The translations under genes were made by a program, and so were the position numbers. A stretch of DNA of 64,000 nt from an uncultured virus (IMG/VR IMGVR_UViG_3300008259_003761) (Duplodnaviria; Heunggongvirae; Uroviricota; Caudoviricetes), in the IMG/VR virus record IMGVR_UViG_3300008259_003761, one strand, 5' to 3'. Positions 1-9,712 of the stretch are shown here, piece after piece. The notes below the pieces were generated by a model. The model was not told where the DNA came from. It saw nothing but the letters and a program-made list of their open reading frames with translations, and made no database searches. Within the stretch, counting starts at the first letter, position 1; the number at the start of each line of letters is the position of its first letter.

Positions 1-1796
1 GGTCTTGCTAATGTTTTACTTGCTGAAAATCTATACTTTGTTTTCTCTTTATTATATGAAAGATTAAATGAAGGTAAAACATCTAAATACTCTCTATTCA
101 CATTTATTTTTGTTCCACTAAAATCTGCGGTTGATACATCAAATAAATTATACTCACCTCTTAATCCGGTGTTTAATTTCCACTTACCAAATTCAGTATC
201 ATACATTGTGTAAAGAGAACCCAAATCAAAATCGGCTGTGTATCTATCCGTATTATTTGTTATCTCATCCATCATATCAATTGATTGATATCTAAATACC
301 CTAGCATTAAATCCTCTAATCTTTTTTAAATAACCACCGCCTATTTTAATCTTACCAAATTCTTTATTTACATTTCCATTAAAAGAGTTCTCATCCATTA
401 CACTCCAAAAACGATATGTATCTCTCCAAGCAGTTGTATATGGTTCGTTAGTACCTAATGATTTTGTAATAGGATTAATTCGGTAATCGGGTTGTTCTCT
501 GAACATATAGTTATATCCTACATTAAAATCTAATGTTTTAATCTTACCATCTAATTGAGAATTTATTACAACATTATTCATATGATTTGATGCGGTAGAA
601 CGAACATTTTGAACGTTATCAAAGTTATCACCATTACGAGTCAGATAGTTATCATCTGATTGATAGTTTACTAAAGTTTTCCAACTGTATCTATTCTCAC
701 CTAAATAAGTTAAGTTAAGTAAACCATTTGCTGAAAATCTTTTTGTGAATAACGTATCTCTATAATCATACGCCAATTCAGTTGATGATTGATAATCAGT
801 TCTATGAATGTAATTAGTTGTATATGTGTTTCGTATTGTAGAACTGAATAGTGAGTTCCATTTACCTTTTTTAATACCAAAAGATAATCCACCATTTAGG
901 TTAGGTATTGATTTATATTCTTCTGTTGATGGGTTGTTAAACAATTTCGTATATGCTCTTTTATCACCATTTCCACTAATACGATATTTGTAAGTAGATG
1001 GGAATGTGGAAGGGAATTTAGTAGCTTGAACTAACTTAAAATCTCTAAAAGTTGAAACCAAACCCCAACCACTTCCCAATGACATGTTGAAAAAATTATC
1101 AGATACTTCTTTTGTTGAAACTTGAATTAACCCACCAGCCCAATCACCTGGTAAGTTTGCGGATGCTGATTTTGAAACAATAATATTATCTATTAGTGCA
1201 GTTGGTATTATATCAAATGAAAAAGCTCTTCTATCAGGTTCAGTTGATGGTAGTGGTGTTTTATTTAACCAAGCAGAATTATATCTATCAGATAATCCTC
1301 TTACCAATACAAATTTATCATTTTGAATAGTAACACCACTTACTCTTTTAAGAGCATCTCCTAAATTTCTATCTGGTGTCTTTTTTATAAATTCAGTTGA
1401 AATACCATCTGAAACAATATTACTATTTCGTATAGTTCTAATTATAGAAATTTCCGTTACCTTTTGTGGTGTTGTCCTAACAACCACTTCTGATAATTGT
1501 GTTGTATTTTCTTCTAAAATAATATCAAAATTTAAATCTGATGTTACATTTAGTTCTTTTATAAAATCTTTATATCCAACATAAGATGCTTTAATTTGAT
1601 ATGTGCCGGACTTTAAGATTATTTTATATTCCGCATTTTCATTTGAAATTGTAGAAAATAAATTTCCATTTACGTCTTTAAATGTTATGTGTGAAAAATA
1701 TATTTTTTCTGAATTTGATTTGGTATTACCCGTTATTGTTACTTGAGCGAATAATGATACTGGTATTAGTAACAATAGTAAAAGAAACGTTCTCAT
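1..1796 (-). CDS. TonB-dependent outer-membrane receptor (3'-truncated by window edge)
   Basis: Not in the ORF track. My translation from ATG at 1796 gives a signal peptide (MRTFLLLLLIPVSLFAQ), a carboxypeptidase-regulatory-like domain (SYVGY), a plug region and barrel strands (LNTGLRGEYN, LPSFNLSYN...SKTLARP). Frame open to base 1. Confidence 0.88.
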   Translation of the reverse strand, partial: MRTFLLLLLLIPVSLFAQVTITGNTKSNSEKIYFSHITFKDVNGNLFSTISNENAEYKIILKSGTYQIKASYVGYKDFIKELNVTSDLNFDIILEENTTQLSEVVVRTTPQKVTEISIIRTIRNSNIVSDGISTEFIKKTPDRNLGDALKRVSGVTIQNDKFVLVRGLSDRYNSAWLNKTPLPSTEPDRRAFSFDIIPTALIDNIIVSKSASANLPGDWAGGLIQVSTKEVSDNFFNMSLGSGWGLVSTFRDFKLVQATKFPSTFPSTYKYRISGNGDKRAYTKLFNNPSTEEYKSIPNLNGGLSFGIKKGKWNSLFSSTIRNTYTTNYIHRTDYQSSTELAYDYRDTLFTKRFSANGLLNLTYLGENRYSWKTLVNYQSDDNYLTRNGDNFDNVQNVRSTASNHMNNVVINSQLDGKIKTLDFNVGYNYMFREQPDYRINPITKSLGTNEPYTTAWRDTYRFWSVMDENSFNGNVNKEFGKIKIGGGYLKKIRGFNARVFRYQSIDMMDEITNNTDRYTADFDLGSLYTMYDTEFGKWKLNTGLRGEYNLFDVSTADFSGTKINVNREYLDVLPSFNLSYNKEKTKYRFSASKTLAR

Positions 1797-1860
1797 ATAG
1801 ATGTTTTAAGTTAGTTCGTAAATAAGTATGGTTGCCACTTTTCAAGTACCCCAAAACTAT

Positions 1861-1899
1861 ATTAACTAATCATTAACTTTATATCATCATTTTATTAAC
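1861..1899 (-). promoter_or_regulatory. 11-bp-period direct repeats (ATTAAC), Pho-box/OmpR-family-like operator
   Basis: ATTAAC at 1861, 1872 and 1894, with degenerate ATCATC at 1883; about 65 bp upstream of the receptor start. Confidence 0.5.
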
Positions 1900-1931
1900 A
1901 AAAAAACCCCCACCGAAGTGAGGGTCTTTTT
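1900..1931 (-). terminator. intrinsic terminator
   Basis: A-run + ccccac-cgaa-gtgaggg + T-run, downstream of the 37-aa ORF. Confidence 0.7.
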
Positions 1932-1945
1932 AATCGCCAATTTTC

Positions 1946-2059
1946 TTACTTTTTTAAAAATCTTTTTACAAAATTTACTAAATAAGGAAGAACAAAATAT
2001 CCAACTAATGCTCCACCTAAAAAGTGGATGTTGAATACGAAATCTAAAATTGTTTGCAT
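1946..2059 (-). CDS. small single-TM membrane protein (37 aa)
   Basis: MQTILDFVFNIHFLGGALVGYFVLPYLVNFVKRFLKK; A-rich leader, followed by a terminator. Confidence 0.6.
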   Translation of the reverse strand: MQTILDFVFNIHFLGGALVGYFVLPYLVNFVKRFLKK

Positions 2060-2148
2060 TTTACTTTTCTGTTTTAGTTAATTGTAAATAACTTAATTAA
2101 TAAAACAGGCGCCATTAGTAAATAAATATTCTCTAATATTATAAACCT

Positions 2149-2697
2149 CTATTGATTTAGTAGATTTAATATACTATTCACTGTATCTTTATCTACGTCT
2201 ATCTCAATATATGGAATATTATTTTTGTCCAAAGCCGATTTTATCATATTGTCCAACTCAATACTTTGTTCTAATTTTTGATAACGTTCTTTATCATTAT
2301 AATCAGTATTGAGATTTCTTTTTAATATGATATTCATATTATCATAATGATTATGAATCTTTAATAACATATCATCAAATTCTTTACCATATAAACAAGA
2401 TGGATATTCGGCTGAATCATTATAGTAATCTTTATAAACCAAACTTAAAAGAATTGGTGAATCAACAACTATGTATTTTACTTTACCATATGATTTTGCT
2501 ATACCTCTATGTTGATTTGCTATAACATATAATTGGTCTTTAATTGCTTCACCATTATTATCCCATGCCAATACTTTTGGAAATTCATAAGGACAATCAC
2601 AACTAATATGTTTTCTTTTTAATTTATATGTTAATCCAGCAGCAATAGAAGATTTACCAATGCCGGGTCCTCCAAATAGGTTGATGATTTTGCTCAT
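2149..2697 (-). CDS. P-loop NTPase / nucleotide kinase-like (NadR/AAA_28-type)
   Basis: N-terminal Walker A GGPGIGKS, hhhhD (IVVDS), lid Arg (ERYQ). Confidence 0.75.
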   Translation of the reverse strand: MSKIINLFGGPGIGKSSIAAGLTYKLKRKHISCDCPYEFPKVLAWDNNGEAIKDQLYVIANQHRGIAKSYGKVKYIVVDSPILLSLVYKDYYNDSAEYPSCLYGKEFDDMLLKIHNHYDNMNIILKRNLNTDYNDKERYQKLEQSIELDNMIKSALDKNNIPYIEIDVDKDTVNSILNLLNQ

Positions 2698-3311
2698 TTA
2701 GAAATCTTTTTATAAATGTAATGACCTTTACTACTACCCCACACTTGCTTTCCGTTTTTATCCCATCCTCTTTCCCAACTATGTATTTTATTTTTATAGA
2801 CCATAAAATCAGTAGTAGTATAAGATGAACCTCTAAAAGTTGCTATACAATTTGTATCATTTGTTTTACCACCATATACACCTTTAAGAATTGGATATGC
2901 AACAGTAGTTATTTCTAAATCACAACCGGGCTTTAGATAAATATCTTTTGATGTTATTGATTTAATTGATTTTGGATTGAAATAAGAAAAGTTTTCTTGA
3001 TTTTTTATATAGTAAATTCTTTGTAGTATTTTACCATCAACGATAGCTAATTGATAAACTCTTTGGCGGTATGGTTTATAATATAAAAACTCACCCTGTT
3101 CTGTGTAAACCCAATAGATACCATTTTTATCTTTTCTAATTAGTTTTGTGTAAACTCTTACATTATCAAATGTAGTATCTAACTTAGATTGCTCTTCAGT
3201 TGAAAATACTCCTGTAATTCTTTTTGTGTAATCTCTAAGATTTTTATTTGTCATCTGTCCAAATGATATTGTGGACATGAATACAAATATAATTAATAAT
3301 AATTTTTTCAT
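2694..3311 (-). CDS. CpcT/CpeT chromophore-lyase-like protein with signal peptide
   Basis: PYRQRVY, GCDL and SWERGWDKNGKQVWGS motifs; Sec signal peptide. Confidence 0.8.
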   Translation of the reverse strand: MKKLLLIIFVFMSTISFGQMTNKNLRDYTKRITGVFSTEEQSKLDTTFDNVRVYTKLIRKDKNGIYWVYTEQGEFLYYKPYRQRVYQLAIVDGKILQRIYYIKNQENFSYFNPKSIKSITSKDIYLKPGCDLEITTVAYPILKGVYGGKTNDTNCIATFRGSSYTTTDFMVYKNKIHSWERGWDKNGKQVWGSSKGHYIYKKISK

Positions 3312-3312
3312 A

Positions 3313-3420
3313 TTAAAATTTCCCCCATTGTGAGTGTTTGTTTTTATATTCTTCAGCCATTTTAAATCCTAAAAGGATATCACTAAAGAATTTACGGATT
3401 TTAGTAAATATTTTTTTCAT
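3313..3420 (-). CDS. small hypothetical protein (35 aa)
   Basis: MKKIFTKIRKFFSDILLGFKMAEEYKNKHSQWGKF, directly downstream of a host-type promoter-like motif (3426-3456). Confidence 0.5.
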   Translation of the reverse strand: MKKIFTKIRKFFSDILLGFKMAEEYKNKHSQWGKF

Positions 3421-3453
3421 AGTTGTAAAGATACGAAATTTTTAGTTAAAAGC

Positions 3454-3484
3454 AAAATAAAGGGGATATATTTCAATCCCCCTT
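3454..3484 (-). terminator. intrinsic terminator
   Basis: Minus-strand aagggggat...atccccttt followed by a T-rich tail, after the Oar-like gene. Confidence 0.65.
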
Positions 3485-3506
3485 ATAATTTATTTTTTGT
3501 AGAATA

Positions 3507-6500
3507 TTATCTACCAAATGTATAGCGAATACCTAACTGAGCTGTCCATACATCGAATACTGAAGAGTTTCTTTGATATGTATCTCTTGCTAAGATTGTA
3601 CTACCATCTGCAAGTTTTTGTGTAGATAGAGTGTAAACAGGTTCTCCATTAACAGTTGATTTATAGTTCAACAATGCTGGAGCTGTTGCTCTTTGAGATA
3701 CACCCCAATTGTCATTTAACATATTTCCAAAATTAAGGATATCAAAACGAATTTGGAAAGCGTTTCTTTCACCTTTAATTTTAACGAAAACATCCTGAGC
3801 AATTGATAGGTCAAATCTATGTAGGTATGGAAGAATACTTCCGTTTCTTTCTGCATATTGACCTCTACGAGTTGAAAGATAATCATCTTGCGAAATGAAT
3901 GCATCAAATGCTGCTTGTTGTTGAGCCGCAGTAAATGTCACACCACTTGTTGTGAAATCTTCGAACTTAATATCTGAACCTTTTGTTGGTACAAAAATTA
4001 ATTCATTATCTCTAACTCTATCTCCGTTCATATCGCCTGCTATGAAATAAGAAAATGGATTTGATTGTTGTCCTACATATCCTAAAGTAAATGTAGTAGC
4101 ACCACCATATTTCTTACCATAATCCAATCGGTATCCTAGCAAACCTACAAAACGATTCTTAACTAAGAAATCAGAAATTGAAAGGTCTAAGTTATTGTTA
4201 CCATTTACTGAACGAGCAGATTGCCAGCTACCACTTGCGATAGAACCAGCACTCATATAGTCTTGAGCATTTGCGGTAGTCCAAGCAAATGAACCCCACA
4301 TACCATTAGAAATTGGTTTTTCTAATTTCAATGTAAGTGAGTTGTTAAATGCGCCATTTTTTGTTGTAAGAACGGCAGCCATAGAAACATTATCATTTAC
4401 TCTTACACCAGCATCAGTACCTGCAAATCTTACTCTTTTGTCAACACCTGAAAAGTTTCCAACTGAAGCATCTAAGTTTGCGTTATAATAATGAACTGCG
4501 TTAATAGTTTTATTAAATAGAACTTCCGCACTTGCTACTAAACCTAACCAAGGTAACTTTTGGTCAACTGCCAAATTGTTTTTCCAAACTTGTGGCATTT
4601 TGTAGTTAGGGTCAGTTAATGCTAAATCAAATGTTGAAGGTAATGTTGGAGTTGATGGTACAAAATATTGATTAGGATTTGCGGTGAATCCATATTGTGA
4701 TGCCGCTGAACCACTTACATCAATAAATCCTGTCAACACACCATTGTTACCAATTTGATTAGATAAGAATACATAAGGAGGTCTACCGGTAAAGATACCA
4801 CTACCACCTCTGATTTGTGTTTTCTTTTCACCCTTTACATCATAGTTAAATCCGAAACGAGGTTCAAATAGAACTTGTGTTTTAGGCATTGTACCTGTAT
4901 TCCATTTTTCACCACCTGCAAAAGTCATAGCGGTGATTGCTTTGTTTTCCAATGCTGTATTTTCAAAATCAATAATGTTTGTTCTCACACCAAAAGTTAA
5001 TTTTAAATCTTTTAACGTAGTTGGAATCTAGAAGGTGCTAACGTAGAAGGTCTACCACCATTAGCAATTGATTGTCTTGCTGCTGCATAAAAATCATTCA
5101 AGCTATTAAAGATGTAAACACCATTAGAAGCTGGGTAGAATAGGTTGTTAGATTGATACTTTTGGAAATTGAAACCACCAACCAAAGTATGTTTTTCAAA
5201 ATACTTAGTAATGTTGTTAGTAACATTAAATGTCCAATAATCTAATTTATTACCAGGAGTAAACGGGTCCATGCCTACGGATGTGTAAGTTGCTGAACCT
5301 TCTCTGATATCAATAGTTGGGAACATAGGACTCATATAAGCTCTATCTTCAATTTGCTTATCATAAGAAACGATTAAGTTGTTATGAAGTGTGTTAGAGA
5401 TTTTAGAGTTCAATTCCAATACTGCTGAACGAGTGTTGTCCTGAATAATATAACCACTGTTCTGAAAACTCATTGCGTTGAATTGAGTTGTTCTATTACC
5501 AGCACCAGCTGATTGAGAGTTTGAAATATTAATCTCCGCAGATGAATTGTGGTGAACATAACGAGCAGTTAATTTGTTCTTATCGTTAATATTCCAATCA
5601 GTTCTAATCAAAAACTTTTTAGATGTGTTATCATTAGAATATCCTTCAAACGGACCGGTTTCATAACCCAAACTATCTTTCATAAATTTAGATAGCTTAA
5701 CCATATCAGCGTACTTAACACGGCTGATTTGTGAACCAGTCAATGGAGAACCATCCGAAATCCAAGTTGTACCAGGTTCGGTTCTTACGATATCTTCATA
5801 GTTACCAAAGATAAACAATTTGTTTTTAATAATTGGTGCACCCAAACGGAAACCTTGTACTTTTTCATTAAATTGTGAAGCAGTAACTGGTACACCATAA
5901 GCTGAATTACCAACATACGTTGAACTATTATTTCTTTGTGTTTGATAAACCGAACCCTCTACTTTATTAGTACCTGAACGAGTTACGGCATTAATACCAG
6001 CACCCGTAAAACCACTTTGACGAATATCAAATGGAGCAACGTTTACTTGCAATTGGTCAATCGCATCTAATGAAATTGCCGAAGCACCAGTTCTACCACC
6101 GGCTTGTGCGGATGAGCCCAAACCAAAGTTGTTATTAAACTGAGAACCATCAATTGTAAAGTTATTCAAACGAGAGTCTTGTGCTCCGAATGAACGACCA
6201 TCACCAAATGGATTGTACTTAGTAATCCCATCAATAGTTCTAGCACCAGTGATTGGAATTGTACTTAATTCTCTACGTGAAAATTGTTGAGTTGCTCCAG
6301 TTCTTTCTTTAGAAAAAGTCCCGTTTTTTTGAGCGGATACAACAACTTCTGTCAAAGCAGTTGCTTCTTCAATCATCAAAAACTCAACATTGGTAGAGTT
6401 ACCTAATTGAGTGTTGATTTCTTTTAGTTCTGCTTTTTTGTAACCAACGAATCTTGCATGAAGTGTGTAAGGTCCGCCCGGTCTAACTGCTGGAATCGTA

Positions 6501-6700
6501 AACACACCAGACTTATTGGTAACAGCCGTATACTGTGTACCCGTTGGTTCGTGTGTTACGTGAACAGTTGCGCCAGGCAGTAATTCACCCTTCTGGTCCT
6601 TCACAATACCAGAAATGGTCGAGGTTGTAATTTGCGCAAACCCCGAAATCGCAGTCATTACCATAAGTAATAACACTAATCCTGCTTTTTTCATACGCAT
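3507..6700 (-). pseudogene. Oar-like TonB-dependent receptor, split by a frameshift/deletion near 5012
   Basis: 5012-6700: signal peptide, carboxypeptidase-regulatory-like domain, plug (NFTIDG; ISLDAI...APFDIRQSGFTGAGINAVTRSGTN). 3507-4988: barrel (EPRFGFNYD, RGGSGIFTGR) ending QLGIRYTF. The halves are in different frames. Confidence 0.88.
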
Positions 6701-6737
6701 TTGTTTTTGTTTTAAAATTGAAACATATTAAAATAAA

Positions 6738-6765
6738 AAATGCTCGATTATTAGGTCGAGCATTT
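6738..6765. terminator. 10-bp perfect hairpin (terminator or attenuator) in the receptor leader
   Basis: aaatgctcga-N8-tcgagcattt; the adjacent A-run gives a minus-strand U tail. Confidence 0.55.
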
Positions 6766-6933
6766 AATTGTTAAAAATTTAGTAAAAACCAAATTTCTAA
6801 TATTTTTAGTAAAGAATTCCGTTATGTATGATGAATAGGTTAGTTGACGCCTATTATATCGGTAGGATACCGATTCAGTAAGAATATCAAGTAACATATT
6901 TGTTCGATTCATAGAGGTGTTATCTTTACTCAT
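6751..6933 (-). CDS. possible small hypothetical protein / leader ORF
   Basis: 60-aa ORF just downstream of the minus-strand promoter; no recognisable motif. Confidence 0.3.
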   Translation of the reverse strand: MSKDNTSMNRTNMLLDILTESVSYRYNRRQLTYSSYITEFFTKNIRNLVFTKFLTIKCST

Positions 6934-6967
6934 CCAAAATAAATAGATGATTTTTCTAAAATTTTAA

Positions 6968-6999
6968 CAAATATACGAAAAAAAAATGTAAATTCCAAA
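6968..6999 (-). promoter_or_regulatory. Bacteroidota sigma-70-type promoter
   Basis: Reverse complement reads TTTG-N20-TATATTTG. Confidence 0.75.
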
Positions 7000-7016
7000 T
7001 TATATTTCTGCTAAGT

Positions 7017-7031
7017 TATTGATAATCAATA
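7017..7031. promoter_or_regulatory. 7-1-7 palindrome between divergent promoters
   Basis: TATTGAT-A-ATCAATA. Confidence 0.4.
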
Positions 7032-7062
7032 CGAAAAAAATATTGAAAAAACAAACAAAAAG

Positions 7063-7094
7063 CTTGGAAATTTGGAATTTTATTCGTATATTTA
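7063..7094 (+). promoter_or_regulatory. Bacteroidota sigma-70-type promoter
   Basis: CTTG-N20-TATATTTA upstream of ORF 7119. Confidence 0.65.
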
Positions 7095-7118
7095 CATAGT
7101 AATAAAGAAATCAAAGTT

Positions 7119-7466
7119 ATGAGACAAACTGAACAAAAAGCATTGGATTATTTGAAGAGTAACCCAATTGTAGCTGGATTTATTGAAAAATTGGATAAAG
7201 AACGTAAAGAGTATTACGAAAGAGCCAATATGCCAAACCAATACAAACCCGTAGTTGTTGAAGTTGGTAATAAATTCATCAGAATATGGCATGGTACATC
7301 TTGTTGGGGATTTATCAGTAGAGTTGATGGTGATTTAAAAGGTTCACCTATTAAGAAAGGTGATTTGTTAAAAGCCGCAACTTGGAAAGCGCCAGCAAAG
7401 CACGCTAGAGGTAATATTATCGATGGTACTGCTCGCTATGGGGTGTATGGGCCGGAATATTTATAA
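7119..7466 (+). CDS. conserved phage hypothetical protein
   Basis: GDLLKAATWKAPAKHARGNI, a motif I recognise from small phage proteins. Confidence 0.7.
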   Translation: MRQTEQKALDYLKSNPIVAGFIEKLDKERKEYYERANMPNQYKPVVVEVGNKFIRIWHGTSCWGFISRVDGDLKGSPIKKGDLLKAATWKAPAKHARGNIIDGTARYGVYGPEYL

Positions 7467-7473
7467 ATTATAA

Positions 7474-8850
7474 ATGGAGTTAAGACCAAATCAGATAGAA
7501 CCTGTAAGAAGGGGTGTGGAATACTTTAAAAGTAAAAAACCACATCCTTCTATTATTGTTGCCCCAACGGCATTTGGTAAGTCAATTGTTATTGCCAAAA
7601 TTGCTCACGAGTTAAACGAAAAGTTATTAGTAATCCAACCTTCAAAAGAATTATTGGAGCAAAATTATAATAAGTTTATTAACTTAGGTGGTAAAGCATC
7701 AATTTATTCCGCATCAATGAATGAAAAAGAAATTGGTGAGGTAACATATGCTACAATCGGTTCTATTGTTAATATTGCTTGGAAATTTAAAGAATTGGGT
7801 ATCACAAAAGTTATTATAGATGAGTGTGACCGTTTTCCAAGAGAGCCTGATGGTATGTTGAGGAGATTCCTTACGGCAGCTAAAATTACTCACGTATTAG
7901 GATTAACCGCAACTCCATTAAAATTACAAACAAATATAGATGAGTATTTCCAACCATTCTCAAAATTGGTAATGCTTACATCAAAGAGTAAAAAAGGAAA
8001 TTACTTCAAAGATATTATCCACGTTGCACAAATTAAAGAAATGTGTGATTTGGGTTTTTGGTCACCATTGGAATACGAATCGTATGATTTTGAAACTGGT
8101 GACTTGGTTTACAATTCAACAAAAGCTGATTTTACCGATGATAGTATCAAAAAAGCTTATAAACAAAATGATATTGCTGGTAAAATAATTAAAAGAATTT
8201 CGGAATTACCCGATAGAAAATCTATTCTAATTGCAGTACCATCTATTGATGAAGCAAAAGAGTTATCCACACGCCTTCCAAGTTGTGAAGCAGTATTTAG
8301 TGGAATGTCTGATTCAGATAGAAACCGAATTATTGATGATTTTAAATCTCTTAAATTAAGGATAGTTGTTCAAGTTACAATTCTATCAGTAGGATTTGAC
8401 CACCCGCAGTTAGATTGTATTATAACCGGCCGCCCTACGGCTTCTTTGAGTTGGTGGTATCAGTTTGTAGGTAGAGTAACTCGTATCCATCCTGACAAAG
8501 CAAATGGGCTTGTAATCGATTTTGTGGGGAGTGTACCAAAGTTCGGAAAGGTAGAAGATTTATATTTCGAATATGAAGCACCATTATGGAAACTATATGG
8601 TGAGGGTACAAAGTTACTAACAGGTATTCCACTACACGAAATAGGATTACATAAACAAGGACAACCAAATCCACATGATGTGGTATCACAAGGACCTATT
8701 GTTAAAATGTCATTTGGTAAATACAAAGATACGGAAGTTCGTAAAATACCAGTTTGGTATCGTAATTGGTTATTGGATAATATTAAGTGGAATCCATTGA
8801 ACAAACATATTCAACAAGAACTATTACGATTAAAAGATATCGGAGTGTAA
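7474..8850 (+). CDS. superfamily 2 DNA helicase (RadD/UvsW-like) with C-terminal FGKY domain
   Basis: APTAFGKS, DECD, GLTATP, GFDHP and QFVGRVTR motifs; C-terminal MSFGKYKD...YRNWL. Confidence 0.9.
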   Translation: MELRPNQIEPVRRGVEYFKSKKPHPSIIVAPTAFGKSIVIAKIAHELNEKLLVIQPSKELLEQNYNKFINLGGKASIYSASMNEKEIGEVTYATIGSIVNIAWKFKELGITKVIIDECDRFPREPDGMLRRFLTAAKITHVLGLTATPLKLQTNIDEYFQPFSKLVMLTSKSKKGNYFKDIIHVAQIKEMCDLGFWSPLEYESYDFETGDLVYNSTKADFTDDSIKKAYKQNDIAGKIIKRISELPDRKSILIAVPSIDEAKELSTRLPSCEAVFSGMSDSDRNRIIDDFKSLKLRIVVQVTILSVGFDHPQLDCIITGRPTASLSWWYQFVGRVTRIHPDKANGLVIDFVGSVPKFGKVEDLYFEYEAPLWKLYGEGTKLLTGIPLHEIGLHKQGQPNPHDVVSQGPIVKMSFGKYKDTEVRKIPVWYRNWLLDNIKWNPLNKHIQQELLRLKDIGV

Positions 8851-8857
8851 TAAAAAG

Positions 8858-8883
8858 AAACCCAATTAAAAGTTGGGTTTTTT
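8858..8883 (+). terminator. intrinsic terminator
   Basis: aaacccaat-taaaa-gttgggttt + T-run. Confidence 0.75.
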
Positions 8884-8916
8884 AATGCCAAAATATTTAT
8901 ATGAAATAATATAGCA

Positions 8917-9150
8917 ATGTCATATTTCATACATAAACAATTAATACCCGTAGACCAAAATATGGGTGACCCGAATTGGGCTAAAAGACAGATTTGGGTT
9001 TTAAAATTAAATCCAAACGATAGTATCGATGAATTTCAAAATTTAGAAGAAGCCCAATTAAAAAGAGATGAGTTAGATGCAGGAGACCCAACACCAAGAG
9101 TGTATAAGGTGGTTTTCAGAAATGAAGATGGGAGTTTTTCGGACATTTAG
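8917..9150 (+). CDS. hypothetical protein
   Basis: 77-aa ORF preceded by the ATATTTATA motif (8893-8901). Confidence 0.65.
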   Translation: MSYFIHKQLIPVDQNMGDPNWAKRQIWVLKLNPNDSIDEFQNLEEAQLKRDELDAGDPTPRVYKVVFRNEDGSFSDI

Positions 9151-9152
9151 AC

Positions 9153-9227
9153 CAAGTGTCCAAGTTTCCTGGTAACTGTCTAAGTCTTTATTTATACTGC
9201 TTTCAAGTGTCCCAGTGTCCAAGTGTC
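9153..9227. repeat. intergenic 8-bp direct repeats C(A/C)AGTGTC
   Basis: caagtgtc caagtttc (9153-9168); caagtgtc ccagtgtc caagtgtc (9204-9227); degenerate copy near 9173-9186. Confidence 0.7.
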
Positions 9228-9296
9228 ATAAATATATATACATAGCGCTGCCAAAAAGCAAAAAAAATTTAAAAAAATAAAATAAAGTTTGTTTTG

Positions 9297-9328
9297 CTTG
9301 GATTTATAGATTTTATTTCGTATATTTG
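9297..9328 (+). promoter_or_regulatory. Bacteroidota sigma-70-type promoter
   Basis: CTTG-N20-TATATTTG. Confidence 0.75.
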
Positions 9329-9346
9329 TAATTAAACAAAAATGTT

Positions 9347-9712
9347 ATGAGCGAAGAACAATCAAAATACGGAGAAGAATCAGCAGTTGAGTATTGTGAG
9401 AGAGTGTATCCACAAACAACTGAAGAATTTAAAAACATCTTAGATGAGATGTATGTAACCTTTTGTAAAAAGCAAAGAAACTATGGACCTGGCAACATTT
9501 CCGTAGGTACTCCATTGGAATCAAAGGATGATATTAAACTATCTCTTACAGGTCTTTGGTTTAGAATTAATGATAAAGTTCAACGCTTAAAGCAATTGGT
9601 AGTATTAGGACAACCTGATGAGGTTGGTGAATCTATCCAAGATACTTACGAAGATTTATCAGTATATGGTGTGATTGCACAACTTGTACAAAGAGGTAAA
9701 TGGGGTAAGTAA
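9347..9712 (+). CDS. DUF1599 / nucleotide-modification-associated domain 1 protein
   Basis: KKQRNYG...RINDKVQRL...ESIQDTYEDLSVYGVI pattern. Confidence 0.75.
   Translation: MSEEQSKYGEESAVEYCERVYPQTTEEFKNILDEMYVTFCKKQRNYGPGNISVGTPLESKDDIKLSLTGLWFRINDKVQRLKQLVVLGQPDEVGESIQDTYEDLSVYGVIAQLVQRGKWGK

Noticed and set aside
710..895. 61-aa minus ORF, plus the many short antisense or nested ORFs in the track
   Set aside because: They lie inside longer motif-bearing genes and show no independent signals.
9151..9230. Possible CRISPR array
   Set aside because: Units are 8 bp and adjacent, with no unique spacers and no cas genes.
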